Positions 22,239-34,491 of a stretch of DNA of 64,000 bases are shown here, piece after piece. Position 1 is the first letter of the stretch. Every line of letters starts with the position of its first letter. Both the position numbers and the translations under genes were made by a program. The stretch lies in sequence record OR805292.1; one strand, written 5' to 3'. Under the pieces are notes generated by a model. The model was not told where the DNA came from. It ran no database searches and worked only from the letters and a program-made list of their open reading frames with translations.

Positions 22239-22469
22239 ATGAGTTCAGAATTTGATATAGATGACAGCGGACTTGCTGAAACCCACGAACAAATTGTAGA
22301 AAAAGCTGTAAGTAAAATACGAAAAGAAATGGCAAGAAATTCTGGCTATACCGAATGTATAGATTGCGGAGAAGAAATAGGAGAAGAAAGAAAACGTATA
22401 CTACCAAGTGCAACAAAATGTGTGGAATGCCAGTCGTTGTTTGATCTGAGAAATAAGTTATACAAATGA
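22239..22469 (+). CDS. TraR/DksA C4 zinc-finger protein
   Basis: CIDCGEEIGEERKRILPSATKCVECQ, acidic N-terminus; start moved to the ATG after an AAGGA SD. Confidence 0.9.
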   Translation: MSSEFDIDDSGLAETHEQIVEKAVSKIRKEMARNSGYTECIDCGEEIGEERKRILPSATKCVECQSLFDLRNKLYK

Positions 22470-23290
22470 ATCTATCATTATTATGTAAATTATCTAGAGT
22501 AGTTAGAAATAGTACAATCGTTATTTCTACTAAATATTCTAATTTTTTTATTTCCATTTTTAATAAAATATATAGTTTAATAAGAATTGACATTGCTTCT
22601 AATTTATCTACATGTTGCTTACTACCAACTGTTATAAACCTATTATTGTTTTGTATAGAAGAAAGAAATGAAAATAAATCTAAAAAAGATAATAACACTA
22701 AACAAACTTAGTGGAACATTATAAGATTATATTTAGAAAACAAATATAACCTGAATGTCTCTAAATTACATTATAACGTATTAATAGATATAATATATTA
22801 AGAATCTAAGCAATAAATATTTGCATATAAGAAGGATTCTAATATGTCATATAATCCAAATTTCAATACCTCTATTATAGGATTATCGTATAATTCTATA
22901 AAATTACATATAGTAGAACATGTACAAAAAGACATAAAAGGTAATACAGTTTACATTATATCATTTGTAAATGATTTTGGATTTATTTTTGCTAAAGTAA
23001 AAACTAAATATGATCCTAAAACTGTCTTATAATGCACGCCAAATATGCATAGAACCAAGTACCATATATACATGTATATGGGTCCGGGGAGAAAAAGGGA
23101 TAGTTTTGTATAGACATATGATTTATGATACAAGATCGATGAGTATAGGTAATTATGATTATACAACTTATATTTCGCATGAAATAGGGGGCTTAGGCTG
23201 GACCAGTTATAAGAATTTAAAAAAATGCTAGATTTCGTTGTTATAAAACAGTATACTAAACACTCAACACATTAACTAGCAGAGGTAAAC

Positions 23291-23440
23291 GTGGATAATA
23301 TCAAATCGTGCAAATGCGCACATGATTTCCAGGATAGTGTGTACGGCAAAGGTAATCGTGTGCATAACGTGTTTACTAAGGGCTATCGTTGCACTGTTTG
23401 CGGTAAAGAAATTATTACTTCTTCCACTGGCAAGAAGTAA
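23291..23440 (+). CDS. Small zinc-ribbon protein (49 aa), below the track cutoff
   Basis: GAGGT SD, GTG start, CKCAH...CTVCG, followed by a terminator. Confidence 0.8.
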   Translation: MDNIKSCKCAHDFQDSVYGKGNRVHNVFTKGYRCTVCGKEIITSSTGKK

Positions 23441-23445
23441 AATAT

Positions 23446-23472
23446 AAAAAAGGGCACATTGTGCCCTTTTTT
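23446..23472 (+). terminator. Intrinsic terminator
   Basis: AAAAAGGGCAC-att-GTGCCCTTTTTT. Confidence 0.85.
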
Positions 23473-23562
23473 AATAGTAAGAAACAAAGTAAGTCATGCA
23501 TTCAACTATCTATAATATACACTGTGCATTCTAATACACAGTGTATTGTTGCGAGTAATTAA

Positions 23563-23784
23563 ATGTCAACAACGCCTAGGGGAAAGAAAACTAAAATAAC
23601 ATGCAATAATATAGAATGTAATAATGTATTCGAAGTAAGAATTGCCGATGTTAAAAGAGGTTGGGGACTATATTGTTCTAAGTCTTGTAAACAAACTGCA
23701 CAAGAGCAGCAACGGCAAATGATAAAAAAATTATCCGGAGAACATTTGTTACCGAAGAATAAACGAAGAAAAAAGTATTGGTAA
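23563..23784 (+). CDS. Small basic zinc-binding protein
   Basis: CNNIEC ... YCSKSC. Confidence 0.65.
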   Translation: MSTTPRGKKTKITCNNIECNNVFEVRIADVKRGWGLYCSKSCKQTAQEQQRQMIKKLSGEHLLPKNKRRKKYW

Positions 23785-24553
23785 GAGGTATAGTATGAGT
23801 TTAATACTAAACTATTCAAATTGTGCAAATACTACAACCATAACTTTTTATATTTTCGGATTAAACATTAAAAAGGCATGGGTATACGTTACAAAGTCAG
23901 ATAAGTATGGTAGGTATTTGTACGTATCTCAAGACGGATGTATGGGTGTCTTTCCTGAATGGCAAATATAATTAAAATGAAACCGGTATTGTACTATGTA
24001 GGTGATAATCCCAAAGGGGCATTTTTGTGCGAAATTTATGGCAAGGAATACCCATTTATCAATAAGGAAACTAGATTTATTAAAGTTAATTCTATTTTTT
24101 ATATATCTTTTATATCTGCCAAGTATACATATATAAAATTTCTAGTTAGATATAGATTTGTTACATGGAGGTTATACGACACTGACATTTATATTTCTTT
24201 TAGTAGAGCTATGACATCCGTTGAGCGGGAAATTAATAAAATAAGAGGAGTTTAAAAAATGCGTTATTTTGCACGTTTGCATTATGCTATACGCAAGTTT
24301 GCAATAACGTGCAAACGCATGTATAACGCTAATACAGCTAACAATACAGTGCATAAAAACATGTACAGCATACTAGCGTTACAACGCATATCGTTGAACC
24401 ATAAATGTATATACATCTGGAGCAATATAGTATTCTTGACAGTCACTATTGATACCTTAATTACATATCACATATATAGAAAAAGTTTGAGAACTGGTTT
24501 AGAGTCGTGTAATTTTTCTTATGTGCATGAATTAGTTTAGAAGGATATTAGGT

Positions 24554-25165
24554 TTGATTAAGTTAGTAAAACCCATTGCATATTATGGACAAAAATTTGG
24601 TATCGCTGTTTCGGGCGGTATTGATTCTATGGTTGCATTGTCCTTCTTAAAGAAATATCCACAAAATAACTTCGATGTCTTTCATGTAAACCACGGATCG
24701 GAGTATGATATTAAAGCAGAGCAATTTGTGAGAGATTATTGTAGCGACAATAAAATAAATTGCCATGTATATTGCATTAACACAAAAAAACCAAAAGGTT
24801 GCAGTTGGGAAGAACATTGGCGAAACGAACGATATAAATTTCTGCACTCTCATGAATTAGAAATCATGACTGCACATACACTAGACGACAACGTAGAGAC
24901 GTGGTTGTTTTATAGTATGCACGGTTCGCCTCGTATCATTCCGTATCGGAAAAAAAATGTCATTCGACCGTTTATGCTTACTACAAAAAACGAATTTAAA
25001 AAATATGCGAAAAGTAATGGTGTACAATGGTTAGAAGATCCTAGTAACCGAGACACTAATTTTAATAGAAATCAAATTCGACATAATATAATTCCTCAAG
25101 CACTTAAAGTAAATCCGGGATTGTTTAAAGTGATTGCAAAAAAAGTAAGAGAAGAGAATGAATAA
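24554..25165 (+). CDS. tilS: tRNA(Ile)-lysidine synthetase, catalytic domain only
   Basis: PP-loop SGGIDS, HVNHG, ERY, TAHTLDDNVET, IRPF, WLEDPSN and RNQIRH. Confidence 0.95.
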   Translation: MIKLVKPIAYYGQKFGIAVSGGIDSMVALSFLKKYPQNNFDVFHVNHGSEYDIKAEQFVRDYCSDNKINCHVYCINTKKPKGCSWEEHWRNERYKFLHSHELEIMTAHTLDDNVETWLFYSMHGSPRIIPYRKKNVIRPFMLTTKNEFKKYAKSNGVQWLEDPSNRDTNFNRNQIRHNIIPQALKVNPGLFKVIAKKVREENE

Positions 25166-25833
25166 ACGTTTACTTCTAACAACGTTTGTTATTTCTATTC
25201 AAGCAAGGAATTATCATATAATACCATATGTCGGTATTAAAAATAAACTTGTGTTTATTTTATCTAGTAGCAAATGAATACTATAATAACGCTAAGTGCT
25301 TTGCAGGAAACAATACAAAGAGACGAATGGTCAGACCGCTATCATTTTGTTATTAAAGATAGGTATGGTAGTGATATATTGTATTGTATAGAATACGAAA
25401 ATTCATTACAGTCGTGGTTTATAGACTATACATATAACAATAGTTTGATATACTTAGATATATTTAAAATTCAGCTATTAACACAAAAAATATCATCTTA
25501 TACTAGTAACAGAACAGTAGTATTATTATCGGACAGTATCTCGAATATAATTTTATATTACGAAATAGCAAATGATAGTATTAGTAGTAAAAATTATTCA
25601 TCTGAAATAGTATTAGCATAAATGAATGTATTTTAGTATAAGACTATAACACATCATTTGCATTTAAATTCCAAACTAAAACTGTAACTTCTTTATGTAT
25701 ATTCTTATTATTGCAATTCTAGTAAAATCTGTACAACTATTACTGATTTAGATGTACAGGACAAAGAACAGCAAAATGCTTGACTATCCATTCGTGTTAG
25801 GTTAATTTAACAAAATTACATAAGGTATTTCAA

Positions 25834-26166
25834 GTGTTTATCATTAAATTACAAAGCAATTGTGACAAAATAGAAATAGATAACTCAAAATACAATTACG
25901 GGTTTTTTATTGTTAACTCAGAAAACATGAAAGTATTCCATTATAGTAACAAAGAATCGTCTTTGTATTCTATGTTTGCAAAAAATCTACATATCAATGT
26001 ATTTTTGGTGTCTACCTTGTGTTGTATTATATGTTTCGACTATCCTACTTTATACTTAGAAATGGAATCAAACCGTGCAGTAGCATTAGGTATAAATCCA
26101 TGTTTCTTAAATATAGATGTACAAGGTTCTCGGTTCCATAATTGGGATCCGGTGTGTTTTGTATAA
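25834..26166 (+). CDS. LQ family-like protein
   Basis: FIIKLQSNCDKI N-terminus. Confidence 0.5.
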   Translation: MFIIKLQSNCDKIEIDNSKYNYGFFIVNSENMKVFHYSNKESSLYSMFAKNLHINVFLVSTLCCIICFDYPTLYLEMESNRAVALGINPCFLNIDVQGSRFHNWDPVCFV

Positions 26167-27312
26167 ACATGTGATATAATTTGTGTTTAGTTATTTCTTA
26201 AATAAGGTATTGAAATGAAGGAAAACAATATACTAGAAATGCAAGCAGGATGCTCAAACGTAACTGTTATAGGTAACTGTGTTATAAGTATAGAAGGATT
26301 ATATGACAAACCGACAAAAACATTAAACTTTTTTGTAAGATATAATTTAAACCATGATTCGGAATACTTATCATACATTTACACATTTAAAAATGATATA
26401 TGTGTACTGTCTTTATCTAGTAAATGTTTTATGATTAAAATGGCCTCAGAGATGTATTATAAAACTAGATCTGTATGTATTATTAATAATAAAGGAAACG
26501 GATTGTTATATAGTTACAAAAATCACACATGGGCTCGGACATGTATTCTAATATAGAAAAAATTTATTATATTTCTAAAAATACACGAAGTATAAAGGTA
26601 ATGGACCATACAATCACTATATGGTCGTTATATATTTCACCTAATATTACTATAATTTTATGGGCAACTAATTTAACTACAGGATTATGTACCTTAAAAT
26701 ATAAAAATGAATTCAAAATAGATTTATTTAAATTAGTCAATGCAGTGTATTATATAGAAAACAAATATAGAAACAGCACATATGTATTAAATGATGTATT
26801 GCACAATACTATATGCTCTGTGGGTATATTAAGACCCCGTATTGCAGATGAAGTATATTGCAGATATAGAATATCGTATGTCAGCTAACATTACATATAT
26901 TGTATCAATTACTGCTAGATGCACATCTATATCTGAAGATGCGTATAGTGATTTCGTTACATTTTGTATAGCAGATGTATTTGGTAATTATATAATTCAA
27001 TATATAACAGAACGCAACAATAGGTTTATAGCTGTATATGAATATACATTTTCTACAATATGATATGTCTGATTCAAGTATAGTATGCAATATAACAAGA
27101 TATTCGTATACAATAAGACTGAGTAATTATACATCGTTTCATTTTGTTATATCCGGAATGGGTAGGCCTATAACAAAAGTTGTATCCAAGATACTGTGTA
27201 ATCCTATTCATATAATAGATGTGTGTAATGTTTCGCATCATGCAAAAGATACGATTTTTTCGTACAATGACACTCAATTACACAGTTCTTTGCATTTGTT
27301 TACTATATCATT

Positions 27313-27852
27313 TTGGAAGTTAAAAGCATATACTATGATAAACGTATCCTACATAATATGATATTTCAAAAACCATTTATAGAATTGAATAGTATCCCAG
27401 ATTACACTCATCCGGGCGGATTTGCATACCAACGAAAAAATCATATACACGAAGGCGTAGACCTTTATTGTAAAAATAAAGAACCTGTGTTTACAATGTT
27501 AACGGGTAAAGTAGTTAATATAATAAAAGATTTTACAGGTCCGGGTTGTGGAACACCTTGGTGGAATAAAACAAGTGCAATAGTAATAGAAGACGTATTT
27601 GGTGTATGGGTATACGGCGAAATATTAGTAGGAAATTGGATTAACATAGGAGATACTGTACCAGCTGGAACATGTATCGGCAGAGTAGAACAAGTGTTAA
27701 AAAAGAACAAAGGACGTCCTATGTCTATGCTTCACGTAGAACGATATACAAAAGGAACTACAAATTCTATTGGATTATGGCAATTAAACACCAGTAGACC
27801 CGAAAATTTATTAGATCCAACACCTTTGTTACGGCGTATCATAAATGAATAA
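27313..27852 (+). CDS. M23-family metallopeptidase
   Basis: HEGVD (HxxxD), VYGEI, IGDTVPAGTCIGRV, MLHVE; the HxH motif appears as LH. Confidence 0.8.
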   Translation: MEVKSIYYDKRILHNMIFQKPFIELNSIPDYTHPGGFAYQRKNHIHEGVDLYCKNKEPVFTMLTGKVVNIIKDFTGPGCGTPWWNKTSAIVIEDVFGVWVYGEILVGNWINIGDTVPAGTCIGRVEQVLKKNKGRPMSMLHVERYTKGTTNSIGLWQLNTSRPENLLDPTPLLRRIINE

Positions 27853-28623
27853 TATATTATATATTCAGAATTTTATAAGAAGTAGAAAATTAGTAGCAGA
27901 ATACGGATGTATAGTTACCATTAATGATATTACAGGAGCTAGAGAATTTACAGCATATCATCTCAATAACTGGCATAATTGTTCATTTATATCATATAAT
28001 AATTGCAGTATAGATATTATTGCATTATGTAACTATACACACACGATAGTATGTGGATCAGATAATGCAGGTTTTATAATAAAAAATAATAACAGAAATA
28101 TTCTACTGTCAGTAGTTTCTAACAAGACGTCATATTCGTCTTGTTATTCATCTTCTGTAATTATAAATATTTCTGTTTTATTATAAAATGAATTTAATAT
28201 TTTGTATAGCTAGCATTGATAATATGCAAATAGGTATAGGCCGGTCAATCGGAGATATAAACAATATAATATATATTCGAATTAGCCCCTATAATGATAT
28301 AATCAAATATATAACAGAAGTAAAATATGGTAAAACAGTATCACTTATGTTAAATCTCGATATATCAGTATTTAAAGAATTATTTATTTTTATTTTGTCA
28401 TGTAAATGTAAACACATCACTGAACTAAGAATATACAATAAAGTAGTATTTTATTTTTATTCTGATACCAGAAGATCTTTAACAGATTTGTTATATTACA
28501 TAGGTCGGTGACAGTACATTTACAGAAAAATATAATATCTTATGTATTATTCATTATAAAAACTCTGTTGTGTTATTAAGTGTTGTATGTTAGTGTGCAA
28601 GTTAATTAAATGCGGAACACCAA

Positions 28624-28917
28624 ATGGATATTATTCTTTTTATATCAAATAATACATACTATATAATATCAACGAGTAATAGCACATTCTTATTATACAG
28701 ATTTGATCAAAAATGTATCTATGTTGTAACAAAAAATCTTAATTCACACCCGGTAGTGATAGACGACGGAAGTAATGGCTGGGGGACAATATATGAGATT
28801 CCAGCACTAGTTCAGTTTTACACAGATATTTTTAAATTTTCTGTGCATCACGAATTAATTCAAATATATGTGCTTACAAAAGTAGGTCAATTTTTCTCTA
28901 AGATTGTTACTTACTAA
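28624..28917 (+). CDS. LQ family-like protein
   Basis: MDIILFISNNTYYI ... LVQFYTDIF. Confidence 0.55.
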   Translation: MDIILFISNNTYYIISTSNSTFLLYRFDQKCIYVVTKNLNSHPVVIDDGSNGWGTIYEIPALVQFYTDIFKFSVHHELIQIYVLTKVGQFFSKIVTY

Positions 28918-29459
28918 TTAATTGTACAATACATAGGCAATTTAATGGACAATATATTTTATATTTCGTACGAGATAGCTGTCCAGTGTTCTAATATAAC
29001 TACATTTTATTTAATTAATAAACACAATAGAGTATTTTATGCAATACGTTCAGCCACGGGATACCCAATCGACATTTTCGATTTTGATTGGAAACAAAAA
29101 ATCTTATTAACGTCTAAATATTGTAATAAGCTTTTATTTATTATTAGTAGAGAAAAGATACAGGTAACTACTACTAAGTTAAAGATATTTTATTGTCTTA
29201 GTAACGTATCTACTAAATCGGATCAAGTTACACTATGAATATCATACCATTAATTTTAATTAGTGTATACTAGTTATTGTGACACTATTAAATATGTCAA
29301 TTAGATAAAATAAATTATTAATGAAAAATCTATTTCCTACAGGATGCATATTTAATATATTGGTATTATCTTATCACACAGATACAATATATACTGTATG
29401 TTACTCAGATTGTCGTGTTATTGCACTAAACAGTTATTATACATACTATATACCTTTAA

Positions 29460-29726
29460 ATGACTAAATTAATACTTACAATTTCTATTAATACCAAACA
29501 GATAGCATTATTAAACGATGTTGTGCGTTTTCAAAATTATAATAAAGTGGTATACTTTATAAATTTTTTATCTAAAACTAAGTCATTAATTGTTGTAGAC
29601 GAATTAATAACAGATATTTTTATTATCATTTATATAAGTAAAAATTGTTCCGAAATTTATGTCACCCCCAGATATGCTTTTATACGCAATTGCAATGGCG
29701 TTATCATGACTAGTTGTGTTAATTAG
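29460..29726 (+). CDS. LQ two-repeat family member
   Basis: LILTISINTKQI ... IIYISKNCSEI. Confidence 0.6.
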   Translation: MTKLILTISINTKQIALLNDVVRFQNYNKVVYFINFLSKTKSLIVVDELITDIFIIIYISKNCSEIYVTPRYAFIRNCNGVIMTSCVN

Positions 29727-29740
29727 GATAACTATACTTA

Positions 29741-30034
29741 ATGAAATATGATTTTATATTACATATAAGTAATAACACAAATTGTATTATATTCGACACA
29801 AGTATTACCTTTGTTGGCAATAAAGGTATATTCTTTTATAAAATAATACCAATACACTTGCATGGTATGTGTAATTTTCCTTATATAGATAACAGTTGGT
29901 CAAACTATATTTCATTACCTATAATTATACAATATTATACAAATAAACTGGTATATTTACCGTCTATTATACTTTTTCGTCAAAATAAATCTAATATATC
30001 AGCAGATACTGTATTTCGTACAAATATGTTATGA
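29741..30034 (+). CDS. LQ two-repeat family member
   Basis: DFILHISNNTNCI ... IIIQYYTNKL. Confidence 0.6.
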   Translation: MKYDFILHISNNTNCIIFDTSITFVGNKGIFFYKIIPIHLHGMCNFPYIDNSWSNYISLPIIIQYYTNKLVYLPSIILFRQNKSNISADTVFRTNML

Positions 30035-30312
30035 ACGATGAATTAATACTATTGTTAAGTAAAGAGACTTATATAACTTCATTTTCTCATAACTGTGTAG
30101 ACTTGTTCAGCGCTGCTGGAATCATATTTTATAGCATATCTATACCATACATGGGTTCCCGTGCTGCTAGCAGAATACATCATTTATATTTGTGTGTGTT
30201 TACACTATCTCCTTTTATAATACAATCATTTTGCCGTGTAATATTCGATAATAAGTATACAATTTGCATATCATATAACGGTACACTTATATGGAAAGGT
30301 CTTTACCAATAA
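30031..30312 (+). CDS. LQ two-repeat family member
   Basis: LILLLSKETYI ... FIIQSFCRVI. Confidence 0.55.
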   Translation: MNDELILLLSKETYITSFSHNCVDLFSAAGIIFYSISIPYMGSRAASRIHHLYLCVFTLSPFIIQSFCRVIFDNKYTICISYNGTLIWKGLYQ

Positions 30313-30381
30313 CTTTTTCAGTTGCTATAACATACACAATGTGCAATAATAAAAAACAATGTGCAATTGTGAATAAAATAC

Positions 30382-30687
30382 ATGAATATTATCATTAACA
30401 TTCAAGCATCAACATCCGAAATCTTCTTTGACACAGACTGTATCTCGTTAATGACTAGCTTAAGCGGTTATGTTCTTTCGATAAACCGAAGAACAGGAAA
30501 AGGCGCAGTTGTACTTCATAACATAAAGTTAGATCCCATCTATCGTATCCTACTATTACAGCACACAACTGCATCACTTGTTGTATGGGGTGCTATAGAC
30601 ATTAAAGTATCATTTAAAGATATAGACGATGAATACATTTTCCTTGCTATAGGAAGAAGATATTATCACGGCGAATGGTTAAAATAA
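30382..30687 (+). CDS. LQ two-repeat family member
   Basis: IIINIQASTSEI ... ILLLQHTTASL. Confidence 0.6.
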   Translation: MNIIINIQASTSEIFFDTDCISLMTSLSGYVLSINRRTGKGAVVLHNIKLDPIYRILLLQHTTASLVVWGAIDIKVSFKDIDDEYIFLAIGRRYYHGEWLK

Positions 30688-31299
30688 TTCTGACTATGCA
30701 TAAAATTTATTATGACGAAATTTTAGAAATATCTAATAAAGCTAGATTAATTGTAATTTACTCTGGCATATGTTCTATATACACAAAACCTTCTGTTTAT
30801 TATAATGTAAATTATAATTTTTATAGTAATCCATTTAGTTGTTGGGATAGGGCAGTATTTATAGCATCTAAACAATGCGGACGCATAATATTCACTAATA
30901 ACCGGGTGCGTATATTAACTGATAAAAAAATAATGTGGTATTATCATTATCTATAGGTATAGATCGAAAAATGGTATATAAAATACCGAATGACAAGTGT
31001 ATGTTGTTAATATTTCTGAGTAGTATCACTGATACTATATCCATAGAAATCAGTTTTAGAAAAAGAATTAGAAAATGTTTGTACACACTAAAAATATACA
31101 AAGGTGATAACATTTGCATATTTATAAATGGCGTACTATTATTTAAAAAAGTTATATGTAACGATATGATAATTCCTATTTTGATACAATCAGTTACACG
31201 TTCAATATCAATGCATAACGACTTCTTAGAAGTATTTTCTAACAAATATTATTTGACGTTATTTAGAAAACTGACATAGTCTTAAATGGGCAAAAATGC

Positions 31300-31551
31300 A
31301 TGATTGTTATACTTCTTTCACACTTTACACATGAACTAAATGCAGAGTTTAATGAATTAGAACTTACTGTGTATGGTAATAGATTAGCGCAAATATATCC
31401 AACAGCATTTATAGATACTAACATTCTATGGCATTATATGAGTGAATCTGATTTCTTACTATTTTATATTTCTAATAATGCAAAAACGATAAAATTAAAC
31501 CATTCACACCGAATATTATTATATAACTCTCCCATACCTCACTATATTTAA
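31300..31551 (+). CDS. LQ two-repeat family member
   Basis: VILLSHFTHEL ... LFYISNNAKTI. Confidence 0.55.
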   Translation: MIVILLSHFTHELNAEFNELELTVYGNRLAQIYPTAFIDTNILWHYMSESDFLLFYISNNAKTIKLNHSHRILLYNSPIPHYI

Positions 31552-31936
31552 AAAGACAAGTATGTGAACTATCATTTAAATAGTTGTTGTACAGAAACTA
31601 CATTATTAAACTCTTTTAATGAGCAGGTTAATGTCCATCTAAACCCTATGTGCAACCTACCATTTATTATATCAAGTAATTCCCACAAACTAATCTACGG
31701 ACAGTATTTTAACAATACAAGAGGTCCAGGCATATACATTGCTAATATAAATGGATTTGTGTTTCTATGCTCAGTTGCTACTATTTCTAATTTTCGAATG
31801 TGTTTTAGTATGCTTAACGAAATAGATCCTTTGTATATACAATACAAATGCGATTCGATAAAAACAATAATCACACTTACGTATTATGGACTAAATGTCA
31901 ATTCATTACTTAATACAATGTTATGTAAAGAATATT

Positions 31937-32221
31937 ATGAATTTAATACTTGAATTAGTAAGAAACACAAGTAAAATCATACCGCATGATGGTCTAAATG
32001 CTGTTAGATTTATTCTTGTAAATGCCCATTATATAAAAATAGCATCTTTTTGTTTATCATTTTCTACATGGACCTGCCAGACATTTTTAAGAATAAACCA
32101 GTTTCAAATGTCAGAATCCACGTTAGTTATTATATCTAATAAAATAAAGAAGATTAAAAGAATGGAAAAATCATACGCTTTAGTTTTTGACGAATCATAT
32201 ATCCGGTTGAAAATCGAATGA
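31937..32221 (+). CDS. LQ two-repeat family member
   Basis: MNLILELVRNTSKI ... LVIISNKIKKI; start moved to the internal ATG. Confidence 0.55.
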   Translation: MNLILELVRNTSKIIPHDGLNAVRFILVNAHYIKIASFCLSFSTWTCQTFLRINQFQMSESTLVIISNKIKKIKRMEKSYALVFDESYIRLKIE

Positions 32222-32472
32222 TAATACATATCTCACATTTAACAGATAAAATAAATGCATATTCTAAATATATAATCGTCACTAATAAAACTAACGAAAT
32301 TATACTTTGCCATTACATATATAACCAAACTAAAATTTACATTAACAAAATATTACCAAGTATCGATGTAATCTGTTACATTCAACATAACACAAAAACT
32401 ATTAGTTATCCCATTGTAAATAGCCATTTTCTATCGTATCCATACCTTTGCAATAATGCCTTGGTTATATAA
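32218..32472 (+). CDS. LQ two-repeat family member
   Basis: IIHISHLTDKI ... ICYIQHNTKTI. Confidence 0.65.
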   Translation: MIIHISHLTDKINAYSKYIIVTNKTNEIILCHYIYNQTKIYINKILPSIDVICYIQHNTKTISYPIVNSHFLSYPYLCNNALVI

Positions 32473-32474
32473 TT

Positions 32475-32756
32475 ATGGATTTTATTTTCCTACTACAACA
32501 TAACACTTTTATTATATTATATCGTAATAGTATTATAGAATTATACACAGAAGACGAAAGTCCAGTAGTAGACATAGAAATATCAAATTCTATGTTCATA
32601 TATTATAGTATTTTTAATGACAAAACTACAATACTCTATCTACAACAAAATACACACACTATATATCAAGAATCATCAAATTCTTATTATATGATAAGAA
32701 TGAGAAATATGTACCATAGAGACGTTTATTATATTATAACACATGGACTATATTAA
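32475..32756 (+). CDS. LQ two-repeat family member
   Basis: MDFIFLLQHNTFII ... ILYLQQNTHTI. Confidence 0.7.
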   Translation: MDFIFLLQHNTFIILYRNSIIELYTEDESPVVDIEISNSMFIYYSIFNDKTTILYLQQNTHTIYQESSNSYYMIRMRNMYHRDVYYIITHGLY

Positions 32757-33027
32757 CCTTATCTCCGCAGAAGTAACTCAAATTAAAAAATCCACCCACG
32801 CTGGTTGGACCCGTCACGGCTTAACACTATATAACATACACAACCAACCTATAATAGAAATAAAGATCCAAAAAATAATATCCCGTGTATATGTGCGTGC
32901 AAACTACGATAAGTTGTGTAATGAAATCTGTATTCTTCATATACAAAGTCAAACAACTTTAATATCTACCACACGGAACTCACTAGTAATATTTACTTCC
33001 CACTATATAGTTCACTCTATCATATGA
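32743..33027 (+). CDS. LQ two-repeat family member
   Basis: MDYINLISAEVTQI ... ILHIQSQTTLI. Confidence 0.7.
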   Translation: MDYINLISAEVTQIKKSTHAGWTRHGLTLYNIHNQPIIEIKIQKIISRVYVRANYDKLCNEICILHIQSQTTLISTTRNSLVIFTSHYIVHSII

Positions 33028-33320
33028 ACCTAATATATACACTACAACATAAAACTAGATATATATCCCAATTTGATACTAATTTTGATACTACTTATCG
33101 TTTAATTAACTCAGATAGAAAATGCTTTTATCTTATAACACGCAAGAACAAAAAGACCATAGTAGACATAGACTATAATGTCTTTAATGATATTTTCGGT
33201 ATATTACATTTACAGTCTAAAACACATATACTACAACGTTCATACTACCTAATAAAAATATATGATGTATGTACGGATTTAATATTTTTTATATACATCC
33301 ATAACCATAACCATAAATGA
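33024..33320 (+). CDS. LQ two-repeat family member
   Basis: MNLIYTLQHKTRYI ... FGILHLQSKTHIL. Confidence 0.7.
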   Translation: MNLIYTLQHKTRYISQFDTNFDTTYRLINSDRKCFYLITRKNKKTIVDIDYNVFNDIFGILHLQSKTHILQRSYYLIKIYDVCTDLIFFIYIHNHNHK

Positions 33321-33598
33321 AATTTATTATAACATTACAATCATACACAACTAGAATACAGTTTCTAACTAATGATTTTATATTGTATTCTGATAGAAAT
33401 AAATTATTAGAATTAGGTATATACAATAACAAATTCAACTGTTACATACATATCAATAATTTTAATAATAACAATATAATCATGTGTTATCTTCAGCATA
33501 TAATTTATACAATACACATTCATCCCTTTGTTTTATCTATGTGTAATAGTAATTGGTTATCAGTTAATACAAAATGTTATTCAAGAAGACTTTATTAA
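33317..33598 (+). CDS. LQ two-repeat family member
   Basis: MKFIITLQSYTTRI ... MCYLQHIIYTI. Confidence 0.7.
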   Translation: MKFIITLQSYTTRIQFLTNDFILYSDRNKLLELGIYNNKFNCYIHINNFNNNNIIMCYLQHIIYTIHIHPFVLSMCNSNWLSVNTKCYSRRLY

Positions 33599-33639
33599 AG
33601 TAATGAAGATGAATGATAGAAATCACTACACTATAACTA

Positions 33640-34106
33640 ATGAATAATAATACTGATAGATAGTGATACTGATAATACTGATAGACAGAAACTATAGTAT
33701 ACAAATAATGAGTGATAATACCAATAGATATCGATACTGATAGATAGTGATAGTGTACAAATAATGAGTGAATTATATAGTACATATTTCGGTGAATAGT
33801 AATAATACCATTAGATAGTGATATTGATAGATAGAAACTATAGTGTACAAATAATAAGTGAATTATATAGTACATTCTTCGGTGAATACTGATATAATAC
33901 CAATAGATAGCTATAGTGTAACAAATAATGAATAATGTTGAATGATAATACTGATAGATAGCTATAGTGTACAAATAATGAGTGATACTGAGTGATACTA
34001 ATAAGATAGTGATAGTGTACAAATAATGAGTGATACTGAGTGATACTAATAAGATAGTGATAGTGTACAAATAATGAGTGAATTATATAGTACATATTTC
34101 GGTGAA
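33640..34106. repeat. Irregular tandem, iteron-like repeat array
   Basis: About 7 copies of TAGTGTACAAATAATGAGTGA; three extend into ATTATATAGTACAT(A/T)(T/C)TTCGGTGAA; GATAG-rich linkers. Confidence 0.92.
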
Positions 34107-34491
34107 CCCTAACATCACCGAAGAAAGAAGGACCAAAATTTTGGAAATCTTGCTCTATAGGTCCCATTCATTTTCTTCCCAGTTACATTTATATTCTTTC
34201 CATTTCTAACCATTTTTATAGATTTTTTTTGGAAAAATCCGGTTTCTGCTATATAGGGACCTTCTTATAAAATATAAGTTCTCTTTCAATAAAAAATATT
34301 TTTTTTGAAAATTTCCAATTCTTGCTATATAGGCCGGTTTCATTATATATTCCCGTTTGCATAACATATACGGAATATAGTATGCTATACGTATATAAAC
34401 CGTGACTCTAGTCAACTCACTTACTGTACGCTTGTTAGCTATTAGATATAATTCCATTTCGTAGTATAACGTATATACAGGAAAACTATTT

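Noticed and set aside
33640-34106. CRISPR array
   Set aside because: Repeat units vary in length, the linkers are themselves repeat fragments rather than unique constant-length spacers, and no cas genes are visible.
33564-34457. Minus-strand ORFs 33564-34070, 33838-34167 and 34206-34457
   Set aside because: Low-complexity translations of the repeat array and A/T tracts, without SD sequences.
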